Shown here piece after piece: positions 27,701 to 41,974 of a stretch of DNA of 64,000 nucleotides. The translations under genes were made by a program, and so were the position numbers. Within the stretch, counting starts at the first letter, position 1. Every line of letters starts with the position of its first letter. The notes beneath the pieces are model-generated. The model ran no database searches. It was not told the DNA's origin and saw only the letters and a list, made by a program, of their open reading frames with translations. The stretch is from Octopus vulgaris (taxonomy: Eukaryota), in NCBI GenBank assembly GCA_951406725.2, contig OX597816.1, positions 120,776,001 to 120,840,000 of the forward strand. The letters are read 5' to 3'.

Positions 27701-29249
27701 ATATATATATCACCGTGATCACCGTGACCGACCAGGTTATCAGATGTTGCTACACATCACTGGTCACAATGCGCTTCGCATTGTTTTAGCCTTCAAATGA
27801 CGCCACCCCGCTATATATACTATATCATTGGCATAATGACACATCCAGTACTCATCAATATGTGTGTGTGTGTGTGTGTGCCGTAGTAGTAGTAGTATAT
27901 TCCATCACTAGCTATCTCATCATCGGCCCTTTGTTATTCAACCGTTTTGTTTGTCATGAGCATCATCATCATAGTCATAGTTGGTGTTTACAGATGAATG
28001 GATGTCAGGAGTTTTACATCTATTTTTTGCGTATTAATATGGGAAAGATATTTTTTGAAAAAAAAGAAAGAAAATGTTCAAAACAAATTTGACCCAGAGT
28101 TCACAATGTCCATCAGAAGTAGAAGATGATAGTTGTGCTGGAAGATTTTTCTTTGTCCAGATGGCATAAAAGTTAGTGGTAATCAAATCTTTTAATAGCT
28201 TATATTCAGTGATGATGCTTCTGTAACTTAATATTCCATTGATGAGTGTGTTTCTACAAAACATGTGGAAGTTGGGGAATAGTGTGTGTGTGTGTGTGTG
28301 TGTGTGAGTGATTAAACCTTGGTGTGGATGACTTGAGGGTGGCTCTTTGGAAATGTAGTGAGGAGCCAAGTGAAGGTCAGAATCTATGCCAGTAGGTTAC
28401 TACAGAGATGTAGGTCAGTGCTATGTGTGTTTAATCTGTCTAGGTCAAACTACTACTACTACTACTACTACTACAACCACCACCACCACCACTTCTTCTT
28501 CTTCTTCTTCTTCTTCTTCAAGGTGTTGATGGAGGTAGTGATGATGATGACAGTAATATATGGGATGAATACAGGAAGAAATGCTTCTTCATAAATGGTA
28601 TCAGAGAGAGAGTTGGCGGGGATAGAATAACTGTGTTTGTGCAGATTTCCTTAATCAGGGTTCTATCTAAAATAAACACCTTGACCTATCTTAAATTTCC
28701 CTTAAAAAAGAAGTTCAGCCCTATTAGATCTTCTTTCTTTCTGGTCCCATCTCTCAGATCCTCACTTCCTGTCTCTCAGATGTTCTTTTTATTATGGATC
28801 TTATTAACTATTGGGGGATGCTGTCTTAACCATTCACTTCTGTATTTCAATACATCTATTTATTTGTTTTGTAGCCCTAAATGTCAAGATTTTTATTACT
28901 TGGGGAGAAATGAGTATTCTATATCAAAATAAGGTGGGACGGATTTATAGCTGGTTATTGATTTACTTAGTCTATAGAGTGGGGCTGAGACAGGAAGACA
29001 AACTGTCCTCAACCAGCCATCAACTAAATAAACATAGCGGTATATGTACAATGCCACCTTAGCTGACCCCCCACTTCCACCCTGCAGTACTTAAGTCAAC
29101 TAAGGAGGGAATGTAAATCATAAGTCATTCAGACTGGTTTGAAATAGTAGCCAAATCTCCTTAGTCTCATGCTATTAAAGACAAAATCAGATAATATGAT
29201 CACATCTAGAATAGCTTTGATTTTGGCCGGAGGAGGTTGAGTCAATGAC

Positions 29250-30115
29250 AGAGTTTCTCTACCACACACAAATGCTATCATCCCAGTTAACCCTTCTTTT
29301 ATGTTGCTGCACCTCTTATGCATCCATAGCTTACACTGGGTACATCATATGGAGTTTCTACCTACACCTTTTCTACAGATTGAGCCCTGTGCAGGGCTTG
29401 TACAGCTCTTATTAGCCACTCATCTATCCCTAGTTTCTGCATTGCCCACCAGATAAGGGATCAAGGGACCCTGTCAAAGGCTTTCTTAAAGTCAACAAGA
29501 GCTAAGTATAGGGGTTTATCTTTAGCTAGGTATTTTTCCTGCAGTTGCCTTACCAGGAATATAGCATCAGTAGTGCTTCTGCCTGGCACACAACCGAACT
29601 GTATCTCATCTAAGCAGACTCTCTCCCTAATTGGTTGGGCTATGACCATCTCTATGACCTTCATCACCTGTAGTTATTTCTATCTAAAGCATCACCTTTA
29701 CCTTTGTAGTTGTTGACTATGATGCTGCTACGCCAGTCATTGGGTATGACTCCTTCGTGAACTACCTGGTTTACAATACAAGTGACTAGACCATAACCCA
29801 CACCACCAGATATTTTAAGCGATACTTGATGGGCCGGGGGCTTTTCCTGAATTCATATCCTTAATTGCTTTATTTACCAGGGTGCTATCCATTTGGGTAG
29901 CTGGTCCCTCAACTGGGTCAAAATTTGGCAGGCTCTCCTCCTCCCATTCATTCTCCACATTCAGTAGCCTTTCATAATGGCTTCTCCAAGCCTCTTTCAT
30001 TGCAGAATCATTAAAAACAAGTGCACCATCATCCATGAGGACACATTTCTCTCCTGCAACATCAAAGTTTTCTCTCACACACTGTCTTGCAATCTGAAAT
30101 AATACTTCAGTTTGC
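29250..30115 (-). pseudogene. Internally deleted RTE ORF relic (pre-RT, RT N-terminal part, PHD-like finger)
   Basis: AWRSHYERLLN...GKAPGPS (29815-30117), QFGCVPGRSTTDAIFLVRQLQEKY...VDFKKAFDRVP (29461-29667) and HKRCSNIKEGLTGMIAFVCGR (~29250-29323); frameshifted. Confidence 0.85.
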
Positions 30116-30884
30116 AAGATAGTGTGTGATATATATATATATATTTATATACACACACACACACATATGCGTACATACATACATATATACATATATGTGT
30201 GTGTATATGTATATATTATATATATATACATGCACACAATAGGATTCTGCACAGGTTTTGTCTAACAAATTTCCTCACAAGGCAGTATTGGTTGGCCCAA
30301 GGCTTTAGTAGAAGACGCTTGCCTAAGGTGCTGCACAGCAGGACTGAACCCAGCCCAAAACCAGCTGTTTGCAAAACAAGCTTCTTAACCCCACAGCCAT
30401 GCCTGCACCTGTTGAAAAGTTTTCACTAACTGCATGGAAACTTTCAGTTAGCCTGACTGCATGACATATGTGAGACCCTCCTGTAGTCATGTTAGACTTA
30501 CCATAGTTTACCTGCTCACTTACCACCAGACTCTCTAGAAATAACTTTACTATTACAAAATCTGTTTATTAACTAACCTACCAGAATTAGTTCCAGTCAG
30601 TCACATAAGTTGTCTTAGTAATGTAGAATTCTATTATAACTTATGACCTGCTTGCTAATCATATGCTACCAAGGTAGTATTTGGTTGTCTAGTACTTGTC
30701 AGAAAATTACTTATATTTGTTGTAATGTGGTTGTGTGTGTGTATCGTATTCTGTATCCAGATGTTCAGCACTTGACTATTGGAATTTTTCAACCAGTGAC
30801 CATCATATGAGATAATGTCCTAATCCTAAACGAGCTATATAACAACAACAACAACTATAATAATAATAATAATAATAATGATTT

Positions 30885-31177
30885 TGTGGGGTCCACGCTA
30901 CAAAATAGTAAATTGGGGATCTACAATAGTATTTTAAGGTACTTGAAAATTTTTTGTTTTAGATGTATGTAATGGTATGTATTGCAAGAAACAGCTATGT
31001 TTCTTGCCCTAACAGGTACATGGTTCAACCCACAGAAGTTAATGTGTGAAAAACAAAATAGGAAATTTGGAAGAAGTTTCTAAAAAACTAGTTTTTAAAC
31101 ATTGAATGGCTATGGGGGCTACCAGAATGAAATAGTAATCAAAGGGGTCCATAAGTAAAAAATGGTTGAGAACCCCT
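30885..31177. mobile_element. hAT-like non-autonomous fragment
   Basis: Repeated GGGGTCCA subterminal motifs and an AAAAATGGTTGAGAACCCCT end resembling the CAGTGGTTCTCAACC-type TIR. Confidence 0.45.
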
Positions 31178-31976
31178 TACTTGATATAGTTCATATATTT
31201 ATGTGTGTATATGTGTGTGTGAATGTATGAAAGACAGAGGAGTTAATCATCAGTATTCCTCAGTAAGACTTCATTTTGACAGTCTGTGTCATAATTCTGG
31301 ACATGTTTTGTTTCAGTTTTCCCTTGTTTTTACTTCTTTGTTATTGTTTTTTTTTTATATAATCAAGAAGAAGACAGGATTAAAAGAGAATACCAACAAT
31401 TGTTTATTTGTTGTTGTTGTTGTTATTTAAGTTTATGTCTTGATATTTCATAGTCTGTTGTAGTAATCTCTTTATGCCTGCCTCTATTATAAGATGATAG
31501 CCTGGTTCTGTTCAAACTAAGCTTTAGAGGTGGTAGGGTTGGCGGAGGATAAAAAACAAAAACAAAAATAGAAACCCTCGGAAATTAAAAAAACAAAACA
31601 AAAGAGAAAAAATAAAACAGAAACTAAAGCAGGAGGGAGGAGGAAAAGAAATGAAAACTTTAAACTGCAATCATAACAACAACAGCAACACTAACAATAA
31701 AATTAAATAGCAACTACAATAACAGCACAAACAATAAGATTAAATAGCAACAAGAATAACTAAAAAAAAACTTCAAATGAAATTAAACAGCAACAAAACT
31801 ACCAATAAAATTAAATAGCAGTGTAAAACAAAAACTGGTTCAAAAGCTTATAGCTATTAAAAAGTGGTAGATGGTTCATTAATTGCCTATGAAGAAGGTT
31901 TTTTTTTCTTATATAATAGACCAGACTTAACTGTAGGTAGTCATTCTAAATATGTTCCCATCCTTCTGTCTATGCT

Positions 31977-31979
31977 AGT

Positions 31980-32046
<67 letters not shown>

Positions 32047-32065
32047 TGTGGTAGTAGTTGTGGTG

Positions 32066-32096
<31 letters not shown>
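31977..32096. repeat. (AGT)n/(GGT)n microsatellite
   Basis: Directly visible; source of the poly-Ser ORF. Confidence 0.95.
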
Positions 32097-32204
32097 ACGA
32101 CTAGTGTTAGGGTGAAATGGTCATGTTATTAAGATTAGTGATCGACTACTGGCTTGAGGATACTTAGACCTTGACCCACAGCATACCATGCTGTTCAGAG
32201 AGTA

Positions 32205-32585
32205 CCACCGTTTTTCTTGACACTCCTAACTGTACAGAGAGTACTCTGTTGTTTTCAACATGCCTAGGTGTATATAGTTAGGTACCACATCTTTTCTTGA
32301 CTGGCTTAGCTGGAGAGTAAATGTCACATCTTTGCATGACATACCTACCTGTATAGTACCTCATCTTTTCTTGACATGCCTAGTTGTACATATAGCATCT
32401 ATCACATCTTTTCTTGACATGCCTAGTTGTACATATTGTGTCTATCACATCTTTTCTTGACATGCTTAGCTGTACAGTGTCTACTGCATCTTTTCTTGTC
32501 ATGCCTAACTGTATAGTTGGTTCTACATCTTTTCTTCATATGTGTATCTGTATAGTGGGTACCACATCTTTTCTTGGCATGCTCA
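32205..32585. repeat. Degenerate minisatellite, ~10 units of 34-43 bp
   Basis: Core CACATCTTTTCTTGACATGCCTAGYTGTA repeated with variable linkers. Confidence 0.85.
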
Positions 32586-33253
32586 TGACTTTTAATCATA
32601 CAAATTTTCATATTTTTTTTATATCCTAAGTTTTATATTTTCCCATTTAGATGTATTTTGTACTGAATATGTACAAAATTGTGAATTTTGAGTCTTCATG
32701 TATGGTATTTCCAACTAAATGTATTTCTTAAAAATTCTCAGCCACTCAACCTTGTTCTTCTATTCTCTGGCTAGAAAAACATGACCATACATCTGCACAT
32801 GTGCAGGCTGGGACAAGATTTTTGTTGAAGAAGACTAGTAGTTTACAAGAATGCAAGTCATTCCTCTGCACACTACTGATGTTTATCAAGGAGGGGGTTG
32901 TATTTCCTCTCATCTTCGTGTGTATTTGCTGATTGTAAGCAAAAGCATCACTGTTCATTCTGACAATGCTGTTTACTTGCAGTTCATTGCAAAATCATGG
33001 CCGAGCTTCTTGGCCTGTGTGATCTTTGTAAAAACAAAATGTAATTTCTTTCCAGTTTTCCACATAAACATATCCAGGGGGTTCATTGTTTTATAGACAA
33101 GAGGTTTATTGCATTACTTAGAAACAGGTGAGGGTTGACATGGGGCAGGGGCATCCCACTGTAGAAAACTTTGCCTAAATGTAGTTTCATTTGATCCATG
33201 CAAGCATGGAGAAGTAGACATTAAAACGATGATGATGATTAAGGTTGATTTAA

Positions 33254-33468
33254 CCCCTTAATATTCAGATTATTTGGTCAAATGTAATACTTCTTTATTC
33301 ACATTGTTTTGAATTAATCATGCATTATCTCACAGCTTTAAGATTTCGGTAATGTGATTGTTTATTTTTAGAATGACATTGTAGGGTAGGTGTGAGGGAC
33401 CAATCTAGCTAGTTTGAACATAAAACAGAATATTTGAGCCAGATATGGCTGGTTTTATTGCTAAAGGA
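33254..33468. mobile_element. piggyBac-like MITE family 1
   Basis: TTAA on both sides; body homologous to 53385-53594 and 38273-38471. Confidence 0.7.
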
Positions 33469-34034
33469 TTAAGCAAACAATATGAATGAATTTAAGCAAA
33501 GCATGATATTTGACTACAGTTTGAAGTTTTTGTACTGACCTTCTGTCTTAGATTCATACTTCCTTGTCACCAGTGTCTTCTAGTGGTAGTTTATACAGTT
33601 GTTTGGCTGTGTTGGACAGCTTTCAGTAAGTATATCTATGTCTTGTATGTATACTCACTAGTATTATACACCTGGCCTTTACAAAAAGCATGTCTGAGCA
33701 ACATGTAGTCAGTTGGGTCTTCCTGTGGTGGGGTGAGGGAATCGGTTAAGTCTCTACATAGGCTATAAAGGTTATCCTTGTCCTGTAGGAATCAAGTTTC
33801 TTTAGAAAACTCTGAAAAAGGAGAAAAAGCGAGGAGATATTCTGTATGTAAAATATAAGTCTACAAGTCTACTCCACTGACTTATATTGCTGATTTCATG
33901 AGAGAGAGAGGAGGGAGAGTGTGTATGTGTGTGTGTGAAGAGATAAGGGTGTGGTTATGAATAACTACATTTCATATGAAGTGCGTTTGTGTTGATGTTG
34001 CTTATATTGTTGTTGAGCACCAGAGTCTGTTCTG

Positions 34035-34235
34035 CAGCTGTGACTATCTGGTCACTGCATGCACCAACCTGAATTGGAGGCATCCAAATTAGTCTTGTAG
34101 AGCCCACTTCGTGGTGATATAAGAAGAGGAAAACATGGTCACACTTATACCGACAACTTGATTGCAGGCACTCACCTGGAATGTATCCAGGACCTCAAGG
34201 CAGTAATTTTGGACCAAGAAGTATGGTGAGTGGAC
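34035..34235 (+). pseudogene. Old RTE-type LINE ORF C-terminal relic (different family)
   Basis: LSGHCMHQPELEASKLVL*SPLRGDIRRGKHGHTYTDNL...DQEVW resembles the RLAGHC...LVLW.P.HG..RRGRP..TY.D.L C-terminal pattern. Confidence 0.5.
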
Positions 34236-34853
34236 TTTGTTGTTGCAGTCTGGGTTGGAACCCCAGTCATTAAAAAAAGTCATTTTTCATCCTGTAGACC
34301 CATGATCAAAAATGTTTTAGTCAAGACCATCTTGTCTTTTTGTACATCTATAACTGCCTTTGTACATCTATAACTGCCCTTCCATTTTAAAGATGGAAGG
34401 AGATCTGAGGGAGATCTGACAGCTAATTCTAGCAAGTTAAGCAGCCACATAGAGGCTCCCTTTATTAGCTCAATCAATATACCTTGTTCTTCACTTATGG
34501 CTGTTTATTCATTTTCCTTTGTGTGTGTATAGAGTGTATGTAGTGAATACTGACGTATGTCCTTGTATGTGTTCAGATCTGCTGCATTTGTGTCAATTAA
34601 CTCAGCTGTGTTAAAGTCATTATAGTTTATTTCTGAATGTCGTTGTTGCTATTGTCACATTACCTTAATCTGTTTTAATGTTTCACTGCTCTCACTACTT
34701 AATCAAAAAATCTTAATGCTGGATTTCATCCATCATCATCATCATCATCATCAGTGTTCTTTTTATTATTGCTTTATTATTTTGTATTTAAGCACTCTGG
34801 TGGAACATAAACTTACATGAATTAAAATGAGTTGGGGATGTTTTATATATGTA

Positions 34854-34915
<62 letters not shown>

Positions 34916-34916
<1 letters not shown>

Positions 34917-35344
34917 GGGTCGTCCTCAACTTATGACCACAATTGGTTCCATCTGACTGGTCGTAAGTTGATTTTGTCGTAAGTCGGCCTGTATTTTTTA
35001 CATTTTTAAGGTACATTCTCAGGTAAAAAGTCTTACACAGCATTCTGTATTATACTGCCGTTTGTCCGAAATTTCAGGCTCTCAAGCAGTCATCTTATAA
35101 ACAAATATGAGGTTGCTTCGATGTCTCCATGACAGGATAGTCATCCAACACAATGGTGATTGATAACCAAACCTAGGGGAAGCGTTTGTTAGTTGACATC
35201 ATCCATAGACAGGTTAATTTCTAAGAAATTAAACCCATTAGATTTCAACTTGACTATTCATTATTGCTGCTGGGAGCTGGCATGCCAGTCGTTGTAAAGT
35301 TAAGCGGTTGTAAATCAGATAGGTCATAAGTCAACAATGACCTG
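34916..35344. mobile_element. Tigger/pogo-like MITE
   Basis: TIRs CGGGTCGTCCTCAACTTATGACC / GGTCATAAGTCAACAATGACCTG followed by TA; subterminal GTCGTAAGT repeats. Confidence 0.7.
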
Positions 35345-35429
35345 TATATATATATATTGTTTCTAGAATAAGAATAGGGTGGAGGAAGTTCAGAGAACTA
35401 CCACCTCTGTTGGCAGCAATAGGATTCTC

Positions 35430-36300
35430 TCTGTGGGAAAGGGATTATCAAAGAAATTCTTGTTGACATGGTTGCTACATTAAGGGATGACATTCCAACT
35501 TTATCAACAGTACAAAAGTGGACAGCTGAATTTAAAGTGAAAGGGAAAGTCTTGAAGATGACTCAATGTCTGGACATCTTGCAACTGCCACCACGAAGGA
35601 AAACATTGATTGCGTTCACCACATGGTGATGGATGATAGGTGATTGACAATAAATCAAATATCTAATGCTATTAGCATATCCTGAGAGAGAGTTGAGAAT
35701 AATCTGCACAATGAACTAGGCATGACAAAGGTTTCTACTCTGTGGCTGCCACGTCTTCTGACACCTCTTCAAAAGTGCAGCAGGTGATCACATCTCAGGA
35801 AAATCTGACATTGTCTGAGGCAGATCCAGCTGGTTTCCTTGAATGTTTCCTAACACAGGATGAATGTTGAGTTCATCACCTTGAGCTAGAAGCAAAGAGA
35901 CAATCCATGCAGTGGAAACACCCTTCCTCGCCTGCTTCTAAGAAAGCCATCATTTCTTCTTCAGGGAAGGTGATAGCCCCAGTTTTTTGGGATGCTAAAA
36001 GCATTGTGTTTATTGACTATCTTCAAAAGGGCTACACCATCAATGGAGAGTACTATGCTAACTTGCTAAGGCAGTTGCAAAAGGCTATCAAGACCAAATA
36101 CTCAGGAAAACTGACAAAAGGGGTCTTGTTTCATCAGGACAATGCTCCAGTACACAAGTCCTTGGCTGCTGTACATGACTGTGGCTTTGAATTGGTTGAT
36201 TACCTTTTCTGTTCTCCTGATTTGGCCTCATTTGACTGTCATCTGTTCCACAGCATGCAAAAACACTTGGCTGGGAACAAGTATCTCAGTATGATGACAT
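35430..36300 (+). pseudogene. mariner transposase pseudogene
   Basis: STVQKWTAEFK (HTH region), WLPRLLT (WVPHEL-like), TQDEC*VHH (first D), FHQDNAPVH (second D) and CSPDLASFDCHLF (YSPDLAP.D); stops and frameshifts present. Confidence 0.9.
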
Positions 36301-38272
36301 CATCATCGTTTAATGATAACTTTTCCCAGCGCAAGCTTCACCTTTTATCCTTCATTCTCTTTCATCCACTCTGCAAGTCCTGCAGTGATGGGATCATCTG
36401 AAGATGGGGGCTGACTAGGATGTAGTTGGAAGCCTCTAGCTGGAGTCCTGCACATAGGCGGCATAAGTAAGATATATATATATATATGCGTGTATGTGTG
36501 TATATCTGTGTCTGTGTGTAAATATATATATATATATATATATACTATTTTGCTACAATCTCAACCCTGAAGATGGCATCCCAATTTGATATCGCCATGA
36601 TGGCAGTCTCTTCAACTTGAAGTGACTAAAATCACGTCCACTCCTATGTAAATGATACCATTACTCACTTTTTACCTTCCTCAAACAGGTGTCATTCACA
36701 CACAACCTAAACACCTACTTTTAGACTTGTAGGCAAGTAAAAAGCACTGACTTAGTTATGGGTGTCTTCTTACATCAGTTCTACCTAGTTGAAACTTTTA
36801 TAGCTAAAGTAAGGCATCAAATTGTAAAGCACTTGATCCAGCTGGGCTACCCATCTCAAGCATAGCAACATTTTGTTTTGTATTTCTGAATCTTTTGAGT
36901 AAAAGACAACTGGTTGTTGTCATGCCCCCCCCCCCACCAGTCATCTTTGACTGAGCAAATCTAGAGTTAAGCACCTTCTACCTTTGATCATCCTATGTTA
37001 TAAAATATATATGTTTGTGACAGAGGAAGTGGTAATACTGAGAGGTAGTGTTTGTACCCACTTTAATTGGGATGCTCTATTAGAACAAACTATAGAGCAT
37101 TAGTTACCATGAGAGAAACTCTCATATTGGCTTTTTGTTGCTAAATGTGCTCTTGTTTATATTGCTATCGGCGAGGTAAATCCTTGCTACCTCCAAGACC
37201 ACCAGATCACATGATTTCAACCTCCTTGCTTGGTCTTGTCAATGATGGACACTTGACCACTAGAGGCGGCAACAATTCATCTCTCTGCCAGTGATATATA
37301 GATTGACAGTGCCAGAACAGGTGCTGGCATCATAATTAGCCAGTTAACTTTTTACAGACACAGTATATTTTAAATCTAGATCACCCAGGAGGATGGGTGT
37401 GTTCATTCACTCATATTTATGACTACATTTTGCAAAGTGTTATTTTCTTTTAAATTCGTGGGCAACACTTTGAGGGAAATTTGGTTGGTACTTCTAGTAG
37501 ATTGTGCGGTCGTTTAGAGGTTCCCTTTAAAATCCCTCAGGTCTTCGGAAATATTTACATAGATTTCTTTTCTGGCTGACTTGATTGGATCAGTAACTTT
37601 GTTCCATTGTAAAAACTGATCCCATTCTACAAGGATTTGTTATTTATCCTCTCCCACTAATCCTCTTCCTACCCATTATTAATGACAGCTTCTTTACACA
37701 TCCAGCTACATCTACTCTTACATTGAAGGCAATATTGCCTATTCAAGTTGTTTGATTTGTTATAAATAGTTATGAGGACACACTAGATAATGTAGTTCCA
37801 GATGCTCTTGGCTGAAATGCTTTTGATTGTATGTTTGCCCAGCAGAGTTGATCTTAGACTCATTTGTAGTGTTTTCTCCTCTTTCCACTTATATTAATGT
37901 CCTCCTGTATATTCAAAAATCTCTATTCATAATGACTCATTGAAATATAATACAGAAGTGTTGTTAATGTACTGGACAAAGACATCATTGTCAAACCATT
38001 TTTTTTCTCTCCTTTAAAATATAGGGCCTTTGTCTCTTCTCAAAAGAAACCAATGATTAATGTCAGCACAAGGTTATAATAAATTTTGATGGAGGTGATA
38101 TGACCATGTAGTTAAAAAGTCCTCTTCCTAATGACATAGTTCTAGGTTCCATCCCACTGAAATGCACATTGGGATACCATAACCTTCAGTTTACCCCAGC
38201 CTTGTGAGTGAAATAAAATAGACAGAAACTCTCTACCCTTTGAGGTACATTTGTTTTTGTATGCAGACTTAA

Positions 38273-38471
38273 CACTTTAGCATTCAGATCGGTCTGTCAG
38301 ATGTAATGCTTATTTATTTATGTGGGTTTTAAGCAACCATGCATTGAGATTTCAGTGATGTGATTGTTTATTTTTAGACTGTCATTGTAGGGTAGGTGTG
38401 AGATGCTTGATCTGGCCAGTTTAAATATATAAACCAGATAGAATATTTTGGTCAGTTTAAATGCTAAAGTG
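38273..38471. mobile_element. piggyBac-like MITE family 1
   Basis: TTAA|CACTTTAGCATT...AATGCTAAAGTG; body homologous to 53385-53594. Confidence 0.65.
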
Positions 38472-39781
38472 TTTCTCTTCTTCCATTTAACATCACTGTT
38501 TGATTTCTCACTCCCTTGAGCAGTGCCCACTGTGATGCAAGAAGTCTTTGGACTAGATTACAAGTGTGAGGATAAATCATATGCTGTGGTTTATTACTCC
38601 ATTATCCACCATCCCACACACTTCCCTAAACCTCAGATATCCGGGAAAATGGTAATAGATTTTTCTGACTATTCTGTTCCTGCATTTACCCCAATGCAAT
38701 TCAGGGTCCACTAGTTTTGTGATTAATGTGGCCAAGATGCTGCTCCTGTTGATGAATCACACTGTCTAACTATGGAGGCCTGTCACAGTTAGCTGGTTCT
38801 TTGAATATCTTATTTCTCATCACCAACAAGGCATCGCAATAGGAGGTGAAATAGGGTTTCGTATTTCACTAGAGAACTGTAACAAATACTGCCAAGCATT
38901 GCACCTGATGCTCGATTGATTCTACTCATATGTCACTTTACTTCCTTTTATATAATAAAGCCATTAAAAATTTTTTTACAGTTAAGTCATTTTAGTCAGT
39001 CCTCGTACTTATTTCATCATCATCATCATCATCATCATCATTGTCATTATTTTAATATCCACTTTTCCGTGCTTGCATGGTTCAGACAGAATTTGTTGCA
39101 GCAGATGTTCCATGGTTGGATGCCCTTCCTGGTGCCAACTCTCACTTGTTTCCAAGCAAGGTAATATTTCCCCAATACCGAACATGTTTTTTCTCACATG
39201 AAACTGGAAGCAAATTATATCCTGCTTGTATGATGGTGATACTTGTTTACAAGTATCATTCAATGTCAAGATGAAGAAGCAGAAACACACACAGACATGT
39301 CCCATCTGAAGGAGCTTCGTGAGACCACTGCAGAGATGCTTCTGGAAAAAAAAAAAAGAAAACAGAAGTAAAAAAAACGTTGGAAACCAATTATAGGAGT
39401 GACTTGATCAATTCCTAGGGATATCTGAAGAAGGAATTTTTATAGTCCGAACTATGGATGACTATGGATGACTAAATTACACCAGTTATTATAGTCCTAA
39501 AGCACTGCTTTTAGTCGAACTCACAAGACTTTGGTTGGCCTGAGGCTATAGTAGAGGACACTTGCCCAGGGTGCCACACAGTGGGACCTGAATCTGGAAC
39601 CATGTGGTTGATAAGCAAGCTACTTACCACACAGCCATTCTTGTGCCTATATATATATATATATACATATATATATACATATACATATATATTGTGTTTT
39701 TTTAATACAAATAGACGTATGACTTCTACTTTTAAGTGTAGAGCTTCATGTAGATTATCATGCTTTCAGTATAATGGTTAA

Positions 39782-39940
39782 GCAGCTTAGCTTAATGGTA
39801 AAGTACTCAGCTGGTATCTGAGAGGTGTGGGTTCGAGTCCCTTAGCCATCGGCTGACAACTTTCTCCATCTTATAAGGATAAATACCCAGTCTTTCTGCT
39901 GTTTTCATGGCTATACTGTATTTGAAATATTACTTTCTTG
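39782..39940 (+). mobile_element. tRNA-Thr-like headed element (second copy of the 7921-8372 family)
   Basis: TAGCTTAATGGTAAAGTACTCAG-CTGGTAT-CTGAGAGGTGTGGGTTCGAGTCC, then a body matching the reverse of 8193-8277. Confidence 0.65.
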
Positions 39941-40199
39941 TTTGTAATATGCTTAGTAATATTACATGTTATGTTATACACAGCAAATGTTGACAAAATT
40001 ATGATAGAGAAACCATCTGAATATTGGTTACCTGTATCATGATGACTCATACTGGGTATCAAAATGCCAATGCCATGATTGCTGCTCACTGCTCTGTGAA
40101 TATTGTAAAGGCTGTAAGATGTGACACAAACAGCTGTAACTGAAACTACAAAGCTGTGACCTGCAGGAAAGGCTATAGCAGGTATTCTGGCTGCTGGAA

Positions 40200-40500
40200 T
40201 TCATTCCCATGCTCTTGAACAGAGCCTTAAACTTAATTGAAACAGCTATGTGAAGTTGCTGGAGACTGTCATCAATACTGGCAGGATAGGTTGCTGTTGG
40301 AAGGCCATACATATAGTTTCAGGATTTGGCTCTTTGCTATATACTTCATGTAAGAATCAGAAGTAGTTGCTGGAAAATTTCTATGACTTCACTAGCCCCA
40401 GTTTCTGGCCTCCTAATTCCCTTGATTGTAATTCCATGGATTACTGTGTGGAGAGTGCTTGAGAAAGACACCAACCACTTTGCTTGCAACACCCAGGCTG
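40200..40500 (+). pseudogene. Tc1/maT-like DDD transposase relic
   Basis: YVKLLETVI...GRPYI*FQDLALC...ENFYDFTSPSFWPPNSLDCNSMDYCV corresponds to QQD.AP.H and WPPNSPDLNPLDY.VW motifs; frameshifted. Confidence 0.75.
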
Positions 40501-40809
40501 TGATTTGCCTAGGGCTATAAGTACATAACACTTGCCTGAGTTACCATGTAGCAGGACTGAACTCGAAACCATGTTTAGTGGGTAAACTTCTTAATTACAC
40601 TGTTATTACTGGAAAGTGAAAATTAAAAAGGGATCTTGGAAGAATTTTCAATGAGAAAGTAAAAGGACAAACCTTTTCTCTGATCTAGCTCCTTCCAAGA
40701 AACCAATAAGAAATGATACAGAATCCTGCTCTCCTTCTTTCCCTCCTCCACTCTATCATACTCCATCTTGCTCCCTCTCCCTTTCACACATATGGAAAAG
40801 AAGTATGTG

Positions 40810-40863
<54 letters not shown>

Positions 40864-41270
40864 TATATATATGTATATATATACATATATACATATATAT
40901 ACATCTACACGTGTGTATATATATGTATGTGTGAGTATGTATCTATATATATATGTATGTGTATATGTATATAAATGTATGTGTGTATATATATATACAC
41001 ACACATATGTATACATACATGTATATGTGTATATTCTCAGAATTTCCTTCTTCATCCTTGCTTTTATATTCTTGGCCATTAGAAGATTAATGAAAAAAAA
41101 TGATCATTTTCACCTGAAAACTTGTCACCATTATCAACGCCGCCGCTGCTGCTACTACTACTACTACTTCAGCAACAAAGGACGCTGTTAAAGATAATCC
41201 TGCTTAACAAAGTCGCCTAAAGAGCTGAAAATCCTCAAAGTAATTAGAGCTTGGGAAACATGCCTGTCAC

Positions 41271-41311
<41 letters not shown>

Positions 41312-41761
41312 CTGTGCATACGTGTGTGTGTGTGTGTGTGTGTGTGCTTTTAAGGTAACCTGCATTGTTTTAACCCTGAAGTCATGGTTGTACTTGGGTG
41401 ATAAAAAGACTTCATCTCTTTTACCACTCACCCTCATGCCTTATCCAGTGTGGGTGGTGGTGGTGGTAGAAGACTGAGTCTCCTTATTCCAAGCCTGTCT
41501 CCTGTCCCATCCCTCTGCCACTGCCATCACCACTACTTGGTGGTGGTTTCTGCTATAGGCACAAGGCCTGAAATTTTAGGAGAGGAGGGCTTGTCAATCA
41601 CATCAGCCCCAATGTTTAACTGGTATTTGTTTTATCAACTTTGAAAGGATAGAAGGCAAAGATGACCCCCACAGTATTTGAACTCAGAGCATAAAGATGA
41701 GTGAATTACTGTTAAGCACTTTACCTTACATGCTAATGATTCCACCAGCTTGCTGCCTTAA

Positions 41762-41974
41762 CCCTTTCATTACTGTATTTGTTTTGAGATTCTCTGTTTC
41801 TTTCAATTAATTTTAAATGTAACAAAGAATTTAATAAAATAACTAAGTTATCATTAAGCTAGTAGTGTTAGGAACATAAATTGTGACTAAGGTTTAGTGG
41901 AAGATTTTAATTCAAACCAAGACATTTGTACTACAGAGCCAGGGGCAGTTTCAGCTGGGTTGGTATCGAAAGGG
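41762..41974. mobile_element. piggyBac-like MITE family 2, inserted at the edge of a SINE-B copy
   Basis: TTAA|CCCTTTCATTAC...GTATCGAAAGGG|TTAA; SINE-B reverse copies lie at 41550-41760 and 41990-42190. Confidence 0.75.

Noticed and set aside
31864-32115. Ser/Gly-rich ORF
   Set aside because: It is produced by the (AGT)n/(GGT)n microsatellite.
32205-32585. CRISPR-like repeat-spacer appearance
   Set aside because: Linkers are only 5-14 nt and related to each other, repeats are degenerate, there are no cas genes, and the context is eukaryotic.
39421-39460. CTGAAGA-AGGA...TCC-GAA possible hammerhead
   Set aside because: Only GAA is present, with no NUH site or stem I partner downstream; at most a decayed remnant.
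39782-39850. Functional tRNA-Thr gene
   Set aside because: There is no convincing acceptor stem, the anticodon differs between the two copies, and both continue into a shared repeat body.
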